Position numbers and translations under genes: made by a program
The notes under the pieces: generated by a model
The model's database searches: none
The model's input: the letters and a program-made list of their open reading frames with translations, nothing else
What the model was told of the DNA's origin: nothing
Assembly: GCA_013239625.1 (NCBI GenBank)
Contig: MU053448.1
Coordinates: forward strand, 1-64,000
Direction of reading: 5' to 3'
Source of the DNA: Lama guanicoe
Lineage: Eukaryota
Length of the DNA: 64,000 bases
Shown here: piece by piece, positions 13,348 through 25,570 of the stretch
Layout of the letters: the number at the start of each line of letters is the position of its first letter
How positions within the stretch are numbered: the stretch's first letter is position 1

Positions 13348-14117
13348 ATAAATAGGTTCTAAAACACTTTCCTGAGAACCCCGTGATTCCCCGTGGTGTG
13401 TCCTCCCCCTCACTGCAATGTGGAATGAACCCAACATGTTCAACCACAGGTGTGCTCTCGGTGGCCTTTGGCTTTGGTGCTTCTCTTTATATTATCTTTC
13501 CTGTAAAACTCTATCACCATTTACTTAGTAATATCTCAGTGTCAGGGACTTTGCATATATTTTCTTGAATTTCAAGATAACTTTGCAACCAACAGTTGAT
13601 GGGGAAACTGAATCCCCATGAAGTGGTTTTCCGCTTTGGAAGTCACAAAGGAACCAAGAGGCAAAGCGGTAATTCAAAGTAAGGTCTGTCTGTCATCAAC
13701 ACTCTTGTGCTTATTTTCAAGGTACTTCTCAATATATATTTTCAATATGCGTTAAATGTATGTTTTCTCAGAAAACTTTGGTTTTCTAACTTATTTGTGG
13801 GAAAGGTGCGACAAATACCCCCTGAGGCTTCAGCTGTTACCTGGTGGGACCCTGAACACGGGATCCAGCTAACCTGTGCCAAGGCTGAGCCAAAGCATCT
13901 CAAAAGCCAATGGTGAATTGAAGACACTCCATGAGCCAACTCCTGAAAAAAGTAGGCCTGACGTACTTTTTAAAATAGTCATCTTGGAAGACTTAATCAT
14001 CTACCTATTGGCTTTAGCAGGAGGGCAGAAGGTTATAGAAAAAAATGAAAGGACAATGGGAAATAATGTTTGGGAAGACATGCTGTTATGCATGCCTAAC
14101 CTTTCAAATGCACAGGG

Positions 14118-14730
14118 TGTATCAGTTTCCTCTTGCTACTGTAATAAACTGCCACAAACTAGCAGCTCAGAGCAACAAGAATTTATTCTCTTACAGTTCT
14201 GTGGGTCACATGTTCAACATGGGTCTCACTGGCCCAACATCAGGGTGTCAGCAGGGCTATGTTCCTTTCTGGAGGCTCTAGAGGAGGATCCACTTCTTTC
14301 TCACAGGGTTGTTGACAGAATTCAGTTCCTTGTGGTTGTAGGACTGAGGTCTCTGCTTCCTGAATGGCTGCCAGCTCAGGACCATCCCTAGCTCCTAGAG
14401 GTTGCTTCACAGCCTCCTTCCTCTGTCTTCAAAGGCAGCAACAGCAGGTGGAGTCCTTCATGCTCTGAATCTCTCCTCCTTCCTTCTCGTCTCTCTAACC
14501 CCCACTTCTGCCTCTCTTTTCTTCTTTTCTAATATGATGAGATTGGGTCCACCTGGATAATCCATGATGATCTCCCCACCTCAAGGTCCTTAATCGCATC
14601 TGCAAACTCCCTTTTACATATAAGATAACACACTCACTGGTTCTGAAGATCAGGATGCTGACATCTTGGTGGTGGGAGTCAGGGCGGGGTTGAGGGTGGC
14701 AAGGAAGCATTATTCTGACACTACACACCA
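14118..14730 (-). mobile_element. MaLR (MLT1-type) LTR
   Basis: tgtatcagtttcct...gtaataaactgccacaaact...gattgggtccacctggataatcc. Confidence 0.8.
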
Positions 14731-15980
14731 GCAGAGGCCTAAGATGGAAAAGACTACTCAGAGGACAAGACATTTCATCTGTAGTGACAGCAGGAGAGAC
14801 AGCTGAGAAAGACAGCTGGCCCTTCCAGACGTGAAGAGGTCACAGGCTGTCTCCCATACTAAGATCTTAGCTCCCAGGCTCCTGAGGGTTCTGCGTCATC
14901 CCCTGTGCCCTCTTTGATTTCTCCAGTTCAAGAAGTTCTTAAACTGTGGACTTTCTTGGTGAGAAAAGCACAATATTGACAGATGAAAGTAGTTATTAAA
15001 AATCTATCCGGCTGAAGCAAGACCTTGAAGAGTTTTACACTCTGTAAATTAATTCTTGGCTTTTATATCTTCTTAATCATGAATTAAAAACTGTAAAACA
15101 GACAGTAAGTCAAAGGCAAATAAAAAGTGAAGGATTAAAAGAAGATAAAGAGGGGAGAAAAGGGAGAGTTTCGAAAGCAAAATTTATTCTTATTACTATT
15201 ATTATCATTTTTTGAGTGACTACTTTTTTTATTTTTGAAAAACATTTCTTTAATGACATCATTTGGACGTACCATCCAAGTTAGTTTTAACGCATCTAAG
15301 ATTCTAGAAATTAGATTACACAATTATCCTCTCTATTACGGTAAGAGTGTCAAAATCCAGTATTACTGGATTCCACAGCTAATTCCAAAACCAGAAACTC
15401 AACAGCTACACAACTTAGGTGAATATTTCCAATGGAAAGAATAACATAGAGGAACACATGATCAAAATCCTCTGATGTAATGGCTAACTGTGGGTGAAAT
15501 GGCATTTTTTACAGTGTATATGTTTTATAATCACAGAATAATGCTGCAAGATAAGATTTTGGGAAAAGAATTATTCCTATATACTGTCCACGGGAGTGTC
15601 AATTAGTGTAAACTTAAGTATAGGGTAATTTGGTAATATCTCTCAACAATTAAAAGACATATGTCTTTGGTCCAGCAATTTCATTGCTAAGAATTCATCC
15701 CACTTAAATATACAAAAATGTGTGTACATGCATGCTCATTTCAATAGGTCTCAATGTAGGAAATGGAAGGAACTTAAGTACATGTCATACTATTATTATC
15801 ATTTTTATTGTTCAGTGCAGAAAGCTGTAAAGCACAAAAAAATCTCTAGGAAATTGTAGCGTTCCCGTTACTGGCCTCAAGGCATTTTCTTAAATTGAAA
15901 TATAGTTGATTTACTGTGTTGTGTAGTTTCCAGTGTAAACCAAGGTGATTCAGTTATATATTTATATATATGTGTGTGTA

Positions 15981-16019
<39 letters not shown>

Positions 16020-16338
16020 TCTTTTTCAGGTAAGATATTTTAAAATAAATGGTCATAAACTGACAAATATTCATGATGGATCACAATGGGAAAATGGAGC
16101 ACAGAATGAAAAGATCCATGTCAAAACACAGATTTATTCCAAAGAAAAAAGTTCTGTAGGATTATTCACTTGCTGAACAACTGTGGGACCGTTGGCCATG
16201 TAAGCTTTGATATCACGAAGTTGGCCTAAACTCGTGTATTTTCCCTGAGGATCATTTAATCTTTCCTTTATTACTTGTGATCTTGTGTATTCCCAGCCAA
16301 CTATTATGATGAACCCTCTCCAAAAATAAATGAAGCAG

Positions 16339-16452
16339 TGGAGAGGGTATAGCTCAGTGGTAGAGTATGTGCTTAGCATGCATGGAGTCCTGGGTTCCAT
16401 CCCCAGTACCTCCATTAAATAAATAATAATAAATAAGAACCTAATAACCAAA
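16339..16452 (+). mobile_element. tRNA-derived SINE
   Basis: Same head and tail. Confidence 0.85.
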
Positions 16453-17464
16453 TTTTTTAAATTAATGAGGCATTTCAAGGTGTGAAAGTATTAATGCAGA
16501 CGCCATCCCCGAGTGCATTAGGCCCTTCAGGGAAGGGAGCTCACCTTTGTTTCGGGCTGGTCCCTTCAGCACCCCTGCTCTTCCCAGGAGGGGGCGCCTG
16601 GCTCCCGCGCTAGGGCAGTGCCATGAAAGGGAGCAAGCTGTCTTGTCCCTTTTCTGTCTTGTGCTGGCTGGACACCTGGGCTCAGCTTTGAAGTGGGGAG
16701 ATGCATGCCTCCCTTGCATAATTGAAAGAGTGAATTGAGATGAGCCATGTTTTTGTTGTAGCTAGAATTGTACCTACAACAGAGTGGAGTTATGAGCTGG
16801 GAGCAAGGGTCCTCTATGTCAACAGCTCTGCTCTTTATAGCGTCTTAGCTCCCAAAAGGCAACCCCCAAGTTCAAGAGGATTCCATTTGTGGCCAGTAGA
16901 GGGCAGGAGATACAGCAGCTTTGCCAGGGCTGTGTTCCCGGGAAGGCAGTGAATGGTGTAAAGCTAAGCAGTATGCTCAAATTGCTGTTTTCCCCTCTTA
17001 CATGTGGGGTTCCTGCTTGCTTTCTTCCTTCCCCTTCCCCTTTATCTATCTTGTTGTCTTGTTGGCGCAGAAACAACTATAAGAACATTTGCCAAGTTAA
17101 AAGAATAACTCACTGCGTTATAAAGCACAATCTCTATACAGCAGCCACAAGTACCAGGTAAACAAAGTGTTCATTCTGCAATGCTTCTGCCCCGACCTGA
17201 ATGGGCCATTCTTCCCTCTGTGCCCCCAATATATTTGACGCTCCTCTTCCAGTGTATCTGGTCTCCGGTGCAGTTTTTCCCTGACTGTTGGAGAAATTGA
17301 GCACTGTGGATCCACGCACATCTTCCCAGGAAACTTTACTTTGTTAGCAGACCTCTGAATTGATTTCAGGTAAACTTCTGAATTGTTTCCAACTGCCTGA
17401 CTCAGCCCTGTTGTTTCAATGGAGTACAGATACCCCTGTATACTGGCCATAGGTTGGTTACTTC

Positions 17465-17757
17465 TTTTTTTTTTTAATTAAAGTATATTCAGTTACAGTG
17501 AGTCAATTTCTGGTGTACAGTGCAATGTCCCAGTCATGTACATATTCATTTTCAAATTCTTTTTTCATTAAAAATTATTAAAAGATATTGAACATAGTTC
17601 CTTGTGCTATACAGAATAAAATTTTTAGATCTATTTTTATATATAGTGTTGAACACTTCCAAATCTCAAACTCCCAAATTTATGCCTTCCACCCTCTTTC
17701 CCCAGTAACCGTAAGATTGTTCACATGTCTGAGTCTGTTTCTTTTGTAGATGAGTTG
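17465..17757 (-). mobile_element. Young L1 3' fragment
   Basis: Poly-T plus L1 3' UTR in reverse; flanked by repeated gttggttacttctt (TSD). Confidence 0.88.
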
Positions 17758-19405
17758 GTTACTTCTTAACACTAGACTTTACAGGGTCGCTAGCTCTAGC
17801 CCAAAGCCAGCGGGCACCAAATTCAAATTCTGACACATCCAAGTGCTTTACATGTATCCCAAGAAGCATATTTTTAGCTATTTTGGGCCTGTTTTGCATA
17901 TCCGGTGAAACTGTACTCGGACCTGCAGGCTGCATGACGTGGCCGCACTTCCAAGTCAAAGGGCACAGAGTACAACTGCCCCCCCCCACACCCACCAAAA
18001 TGCGTGGCAGTCAGGACCGTGCTGCGTCCACCACCCACCACCCTCCACGCACAAAGGCAGTTTGCTTTCCACTGTGCTGGGATCTGGTTCCTCTTTCACT
18101 GACCAGCCCGGCTACCCCGATCCCGCCCCAGCCTGATTCCGCTGGAAGGCACTCTCCAGCCTTGTGCTGGGAAGCAGGGTGACTTCATTCTCCACTCAGC
18201 CTGTCGCACCGTCTTCCTGGGCCTGGAAGAGAAGTCTCCAGCGTGCCGCCGTCGGAACATGTCCCTTCCCCGGGGGAGCAGGTGGGGCGCTGTGTCAGGG
18301 CACGGCGGCTGCTCTGAGTCTCCACTGCCTGGAAAAGGGAGGCCTTTGCCGCCGTGGCCGCACATTCCACATGGTCACGGAGGCCAAATGTGAACCAGTC
18401 CTCCCAGACACCAGCCCTGGGCCAGCCAGGGTGATTGGGGCCCCTGACTCAGGGTGAGTCTGGACATGTCCCCGGAGGGCCACCCGAGCAGTGCCTCCCC
18501 TTCCCACCTGGACAGGGCCCCGGGGGCGGAGCCTCTCCTCTGGGCCTCCGCTTACAGGGGTGGGAGGGGCGCCCAGGCGAGGCTTCAGCTTGAATGACAT
18601 GTGAGCACATCACGGGCTTGTGTCCAGGACTCTGGGTGAGGAAACACCAATGCCAAGGACTGGAGAAATAGAAAAGAAGAACTAGAAAAGCTCGCTCTGG
18701 TTTGTACTTCCCAAGCTGGTAGGGCTTCTGCCTGCCTTTAAGCCACTATTCCTGGGTCCGGCTGCCTCACAGGTTCTCAATAGACTTGTATTGAATGCAG
18801 GAAGAAAACGGGCCAGAGGCGGCCCTGCCAGGCCCTCTGCAGCGGTGAGGTGTGGTCGGGATGCAGGCGGCCCCTGGATGGGAAGGGGGAGCTCTTGGAC
18901 CTCCAGTTTCAGAAGGAGGAGGGCCCATCCCCATTCCACGCTCCTGGAAGCAGGCCTCCAGGGGCCCTGGGCCACAGGCCGTCAGGTTGGCATTTTCCGG
19001 CCAGCCCGGTATCCGCTGCCCAGGACGCTGGAGAGGATCTACTCTAATCCACCCGGGGCAATACATGTGCAACCCATCAGGAGCCCTGGCCCAATTAAAC
19101 CCCTGTTTGCTTAGGGATAAAGACAAACTCCATGAAGAATCTGCAGACCATGTTCAAAATCCTGTTGTCATGTACATGTCGCTTCTCTCTTCTCTTTCAA
19201 GTTCGGACTGTGGTTTCCACTTCAACACTGTTTAACAAAGCTCCCTTGGCAGGGACACTGAGCGTGTGAAGGGCCAGTTCCCTGGGGGAGGCAGTGCACT
19301 AGTCCCTGAGCGCGCTGTCACCTCCGTTCTGGCGGCTTGTTTTAATTACGTTCAATCTCCGTACTTAAAGAGACTCAAAAATACCCATTAAGAAACAATT
19401 AAAAG

Positions 19406-19530
19406 AGGGAGGGTGTAGCTCGGTGGTAGAGTGCATGCCTAGAATGCTCGAGGTCCTGGGTTCAATCCCCAGAACTTCCACCAAAAGTAATAAATAAATT
19501 GATAACCTAATTACCTACCCCCAAAAAAAC
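19406..19530 (+). mobile_element. tRNA-derived SINE
   Basis: Same head and tail. Confidence 0.85.
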
Positions 19531-20469
19531 CTTTTTTTAAGAAACAAAATGTAAACCCTATTTTTCCAACTTTATTACAAAAATATTTTCTTTATAGTTG
19601 ATGCCGATTTTAAAATGCCCCTCACATGGTTCTTACCTTTTTAAGTAATTTTTAAAATAGTTAAAAGCCCTGGATATTTCCAAGCTTCCCCTAACGGGAA
19701 AGCGAGCTGGTCCCCGGCCGGCCACAGACCCAGCTGCTCAGGTTGACCGCGAGGATCAGCACCCCCTTTTCCCCTCCCCAACTCCCCTCCTCTCCCCATA
19801 TCCACCCCCACCCCCGCAGGGAGCTGCAGACCGCACAGCATCCCTCCCACAGCCTCACTCAGAGGCCTTACCAGCTTCACCTTCATCAGCTTTGTATCTC
19901 AGTTTTTGATAGCTTTAAAAAATTACTGAAAATGTGAAAGACTGATAATGACTGTGAAATAATATTATAAGACTGTATAATAAAGATCAAGAGACTATAA
20001 ATAACGCCAAAGTAATCATTAACTGAAGCCTGAAGCAGATTTTTTAAAGTTTTATTTTTTAAAGTTTTATGGCTGAAGATTAGAACATGAAATGAATGTA
20101 TTAGCAGCAGCTTTATATAAGCATAAAACTTGTACTTGAAAAAGATTTAAAATTATTGGACTGCAATTTGGATTCAATTTCATCACTTATAGATTTTGAT
20201 TAATGTCACAGTAGGTAATTGTCCTACATGTCTTGGAAAAACTTAGCAATGAGATGAAGCAGAAAGATTTTCCTCAAAAGGAACATTCACAAAGCGCTAC
20301 CACTGATCCTTAAACTTCAGATGTGACTGGCCTTCAGGTGTGACAAGCTCCCTATAGTCGGCACACAGATCATGTCCCCAAGTCACTGTGGGCCAGGGCT
20401 CACTCCTCAGCACCAGGGTGGGCCCAGCCAGGAGATCCAGACCTGGGCCGCCGGGCAGTCTCCTGGAGG

Positions 20470-21052
20470 TTTTAGAGCGGGCAGAGAGCCAGATATGAGC
20501 AGAGAAAGGGAGCCACGGGCCCAGATGCAGGAAACCATACATCTCGTGAACAACGGGGGTGTCTGGACAGACAGAGGAAAGCAGGAACCTCTGGGCTGAT
20601 AAGTGATCACACATTTTGGGGTGGTAGGCAAAGAAAGGTAGGAAAAGGCAGGAATCGCCAGTGTCCAAATGTAGCCTTTTGCCCATTATGCCCTCATTTC
20701 AATAAAATTAGTCTTGCAGATTAGAAGCACCCATCATGCACCAACATCATGACACTTCCGATCCAGACTAAATACAAACCAAAATCCCTCCTCTCCTCGA
20801 GAAGGTGCAGCTGGGATGTAAATCAGGGAATACGAGCCCAAATCCTTCCCTCCCCAACAAATATTCTGCCCAGTCATTTGTACACCCTATGTAACAGGCT
20901 TGCCAGAGAAAGGGCAGCTGCTCACCTGAGCCTGCCCGCTCTCCCCTTGAGAGTGCCCCACCGACAGCTTAATAAATCCTTACTTTATCTCCTTGACCTC
21001 TGTGTTTCATCTCTGAATTCTTTCTGTGACCAGAGTGTAATCTCTGGCAACA
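20470..21052 (+). mobile_element. ERV1 solo LTR (family B)
   Basis: AATAAA near the 3' end, terminus ggcaaca, TSD GAGG; homologous to 35711-36333. Confidence 0.85.
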
Positions 21053-22048
21053 GAGGGGTGGGCTGGCTGCTGTCCCAAGCAGCTGGGGGGCCTTGGAGAT
21101 GTGGCCCTCCCACAGACTGATAACATCTGATTGAGAGGGAGGAGAATTAAGATAGGAAATATAAGCAATTACTGAAAATACAAAAACAGGTCAATAACTT
21201 TCCTAGTATCTTCATCTTCCTTACCAAAAGGTGTTTGTCACATCCCCACGAGCCACTGCAGACCAGCAGGCAGAGCCTCCTAGAGCCTGGCACAGATGAT
21301 TCATGACTATTTGACAGTAAACAAGGGGAGGGATGCACCCTGAGTCCCATCGCATCACTGTGTCACCTGTGATGTCACACGGCAGCTGGGGGAGGACAGT
21401 GGTCCTTTGACTTGGCTTCCCTGGCCTCACCTCTGCTGAAGTCCTCACCTGCTCTTGCCTCTGTGTGCTATGGCAGCCCCGGGTCTGGGATGGGATGGAG
21501 GGAGAGCACTCAGCATGCAGATCACAGGTCCAGCCAGCACTTTATACCTGCAGTACCAGGCATCCCTGTGGCAGCCTTTAAGTGAGGCATAATTTGTATT
21601 TGGCACCTGGGAAACCTGAGGCTCCAACAAGAATAACCCACTCTGCTGTTGGAGAGTAGGAGAGTCTGGCTTCAACCCCAGGCTCTCTGACACACATCAT
21701 GCCCTGCTCCTGTGATGCAGCTGGAAGGAGGGCAGCCGAGTCTGAACTCATCACTGTCCTGTGCGCCCGCTTCACCTGGGGACTAAAAACGATCAACAGC
21801 ACTGATGATAAATTCCCAGGGACTGTGCCAAGCCCTTGACGTGGAGTCTGACAGAGGTCCGGGAAGGAGCTGAGAGGTGGCCCTGAAGCCATTTCCTATC
21901 CCTTCAGAGACTCGCAGAGAGCATCCCTGCTGAGAGCAGAGGAAGAGGCTCCTGCCTGCTGAGGCAAAGCAAGTCCCTCTATTCACTAAGGTCAAGCTGC
22001 ACCCCCAGACGCAGCAAACAGGAAAGTGATGTGTAAAATTACAGACGA

Positions 22049-22183
22049 GGGGAGGGTGGAGCTCAGCGGCAGAGCATGCATGAGGTCACGGGTTTGACCC
22101 CCAGCACCTTTGTTAAATGAAAGATAGTAAGTAAACCTAATTATTTCCCCCTACAAAAAAAAAACAAAAATTAAAATAAAATT
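22049..22183 (+). mobile_element. tRNA-derived SINE (diverged)
   Basis: Same head with internal deletion; aaacctaatt tail. Confidence 0.75.
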
Positions 22184-22710
22184 ATAGACAGACCTCAGAG
22201 AAATTGCAGGTTTGGTTCTAGACCACTGCAATACAGCAAATATCACAGTAAAGTGAGCCACACAAGGTTTTCGGTTCCCCAGTACATATAAAACCTACGC
22301 TTACACTATACACTAGCAAGTGTGCAGTAGCATTAAGTCTAAAAAACAATACCTTAATTTAAGAATCTAGATGACTGAAAATGCTAACCATCATCTGAGC
22401 CTTCAGCAAGTCATAATCTTTTTGCAAGAATAACATCAAAGATCACGGATCACAGATCACCCTAACAAATATGCAAATAATTGTAAAGTTGGAAATATTG
22501 GAAGAATTATCAAAATGTGACATAGGGACACAAAGCGAGCAAAGAAGGTTGGGGAAATGCTGCCAACAGACTTGCCCAACTTGGAGCTGCCACAAGCACA
22601 GTGTCTGAAAAGCCCAATAAAAGCGAAGTACAGCACACCCGAAACTGACACACTGTAACTGACTGTATTAAGAATTTTTTTAAATGTACAATAAAATGAG
22701 GTCTGCCTGA
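22184..22710. mobile_element. Tigger2/MER28-like DNA transposon
   Basis: Inverted ends agacagacctc... / ...gaggtctgcctg; internal ttgcaggtttggttctagaccactgcaat. Confidence 0.8.
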
Positions 22711-23152
22711 ATATGACTGTGACAAAATTCTGCCACTGTTTTTTAAAAAAGCCACCAATTAACGTCCAGCATCACCATCTCTGATGAAACCTGTTCTGGC
22801 TGCTGATCTCCCTCTGGGCTGGGAGCCCCTCAGGAAACCATGGGAGCAGGAAGCCAGCCCTCATCTGCTGATAAGAAAACCACCCCATCCTCACTTGCTG
22901 GCCCCACCCAGGTGGCAGGAATCCCTGAGGGTGTGGTCCCCCGTGCAGACTCACAAACATGTTTCAATATATTAAGGCAAAAATTACAAAGTTGTATTAA
23001 GAATATATCTCCTAATATTATCATTTATACACCTGAAGACAGCACATGGTCTGTGTGTACAAAATGAGCGTTTACTAAACTGAAGCATTTAGTAAAATTT
23101 CTAGAAGAGTCTGAATGAAGTAATGTTAAGATCTTTATCAGGGGCTGGGGGT

Positions 23153-23235
23153 GGGGGGTGTATAGCTCAGTGGTAGAGTATGTGCTTAACATGGATGAGG
23201 CCCTGAGTTCAATCCCCAGTACTGCCATGAAATAG
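23153..23235 (+). mobile_element. tRNA-derived SINE
   Basis: tatagctcagtggtagag...gttcaatccccagtac. Confidence 0.8.
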
Positions 23236-23430
23236 TAATTTTCTTTAAGAAAAGGATCTCTATCAATCAGACACCCAGGGCTCTGGGCCAGTCCCCGGTG
23301 TGGAGGGAGAGTCTGCCCCTGGGTTCAGGTAGTCAGTTCCTTCCCAGCTGTGGAATCTTGACTGCTCCCCGAATGGCCCAGGTTCCTTCTTATCTACACA
23401 TGCGTGGCGGTATTGACTTCTTGGAGTTTC

Positions 23431-24028
23431 CGTGGCTGAACGATCAGCCCCCGTCCCTGACAAGCCTAATTGAAACTCAGAGACAGGGTCTTAGAGCATA
23501 GAAGCAAAGAGGCAGCTTTATCCCTTTGCCAGGCAAAGGGGAATCACAGCAGGGTGGTGCCTTCAAAACCGTGAGCCCATCTTGGGGGTGGGGTGGGGTG
23601 GTTATATAACCGTAGCTTCAACAGTAAGGCATGAATAACAATCAACAGAATTTTTCTCCTCATAAGACTCGGAGCAGCATCACAGCGTCTCCAGCTGACC
23701 AATTCTATAGAGGTTAGTGGTTGTCACTCTTTCTATCTCTTTATCTTGTAAGCGCCCACAGCGTTGTCTTCCGGGTAATTCAGCCTATTTCGTAAGGTTA
23801 CAATTCTGTGACCTTCTGCCTGGAGAACAACTCAGAAACCAAGCATGATTATTGCTTTCGATCACTGGAAAAAAGCAGAGACAGTAAAATTAATAGCTTC
23901 ATGTTAGCAATGGGCCTGGAGCTGAGAACATCAACCAGTCAGTCAGATTAGCTGGCCAGATTAAGAGTAAGCATAAGAGTAAGCAACCTGTTAGCCTAAG
24001 TGTGGCCATTTTATTACTTCTCCTTCCA
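23431..24028 (-). mobile_element. 3' LTR of the provirus
   Basis: Aligns along its length with 31397-31988; 15 mismatches in the first 150 nt by hand count. Confidence 0.93.
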
Positions 24029-24059
24029 AATCCCCGCTGTCAGTTTCTCTCATTCCATT

Positions 24060-25529
24060 TCTATGGAAATAGGGAGATGGGCGTCGTGTTCATCTGGCTG
24101 CTTCCTGCTGAACGGGGGGGTTGTGTGGGGGTGAAATGGAACAAGCAAACCCAATCCTGCCATGTGGCTGGGGGTTTAAAAAGAGCCTTAGAGGCGTGTT
24201 TCCCACACATTAGACAACAGAAAACAGTTCATCTAAATATTACATATATACCAACTCCTGTTAACAGAAATGATAACAGAAATTGCAGAATTCCCATAAG
24301 AAAGGATTTGAGACCTTGGGCTACCCATGAAGAGAGACCAGAAAACTGGGTGTTAACTTGCAATGTATCTTCTCGCACATATGCATCTGAATTCTCTACA
24401 TTATGCGTTTGTTGTTCTGTGTCCTTAGGGCAGTTGTGACGTTCCTGGATTCACCTAGTATGAAAATACAACAGGCAAGATGGGAAACAGCACAAGTTCC
24501 TCCTTGCATTGTGGAGAGACACTCGCTTTTGCAAGATGGCTCCTCTGAGTTGTACCTTGGCGTTGAGCAGAAGTGTCATTGAGGCCCTTTGGGTGAATTT
24601 AGCTAAGGCCTCCATATGGAAGGAATGCTTTCCAAGCCTATGTTAGGTAAAAAGAAGTTAAGCAGGTGATTATACCATTAGAAAACAGATCGGCTCCAGC
24701 AAGAATGCAGGTACAGCAGGTTAGCAATATGGGTGAAGGGTACTGTTGTTTATCAATGACCTTGAACCCATGGAAACCCAAGGGTGCACCTTTCTATCCA
24801 ACCGGATGGCAGCCAAGGCCAAATATTATTTCCACATAACCATAATATGCCGTAGGGGGGTTCCAGACCATGTCTGTCCTCTGCTCCCAATTTGTGGTGA
24901 GCCAATCGGCATTTTTAATAATAATAATCTGAGCACAGGCTTTTAGAGACGTCCATCCCATATACTGGGTGGAACGCTTGGATGATTCTAATGAATGATC
25001 TCATTGTTCCCAGCATAACAGGGCTGGCATATTTGAGTCTCCTGAACTCAGGAGTGAGCCAGCAACTGTCCATCCCACATCTGACTTCACCCTCCTTTTA
25101 TTTTGTGGGAATAATCAGGATCTGGGCTCCATCTATGTTCTTTTCAAAGTTCCAAGTAGGTACTCATTCGCGGTGTGAGAGTCCCCCACAGGAGAATGAG
25201 AAATGGTAGCCCACTGCTTCAAGAGTGTTATTAATGGGCCAGCCTAGGGGATCATAATTCGTGATCTGTTTTGCTCATCGTCCAGGTTTTAGCAGAGCTG
25301 GGGTCTTACCAAAGCTGCATGCCCATTTTTGGGGCCTGAATATATTTAAATAATTATTTCCAGTCAGTTCCCTGGGGAGGGATACCCACCAAGGGAGACC
25401 AGGGTCTCCTGAGACCGGAAGTTGGCTACAGACCCAACAGTTAGAATAATTAAATGAGTTTGTGTATGAGGAGGCCCATTGCACAAAAGCATTACCAGCT
25501 GCAAAGGAAACTGCATAAGGAAGACACAT
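24060..25529 (-). pseudogene. env: ERV env, gamma-type, disrupted
   Basis: SU SNCWVCSQLP...GLPWW (CxxC); TM remnant AILQKRVSL, then GGTCAVSHLACC (CX6CC at 24468-24494), then a hydrophobic anchor; stops and frameshifts. Confidence 0.88.
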
Positions 25530-25570
25530 CTAAGTAGAAATATTTTTCTTAAACAAATGTTTAAGTCCCC

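Noticed and set aside
13876..14391. 171-aa plus-strand ORF
   Set aside because: Its second half lies inside an MLT1 LTR and it has no recognisable motifs.
14900..14965. Plus-strand mini exon candidate (QEVLKLWTFL, donor GTGAGA)
   Set aside because: Isolated, with no compatible partner exons found; likely chance.
24060..25529. env as a possible captured syncytin-like gene
   Set aside because: Multiple stops and frameshifts, a damaged furin site and a partly deleted immunosuppressive domain.
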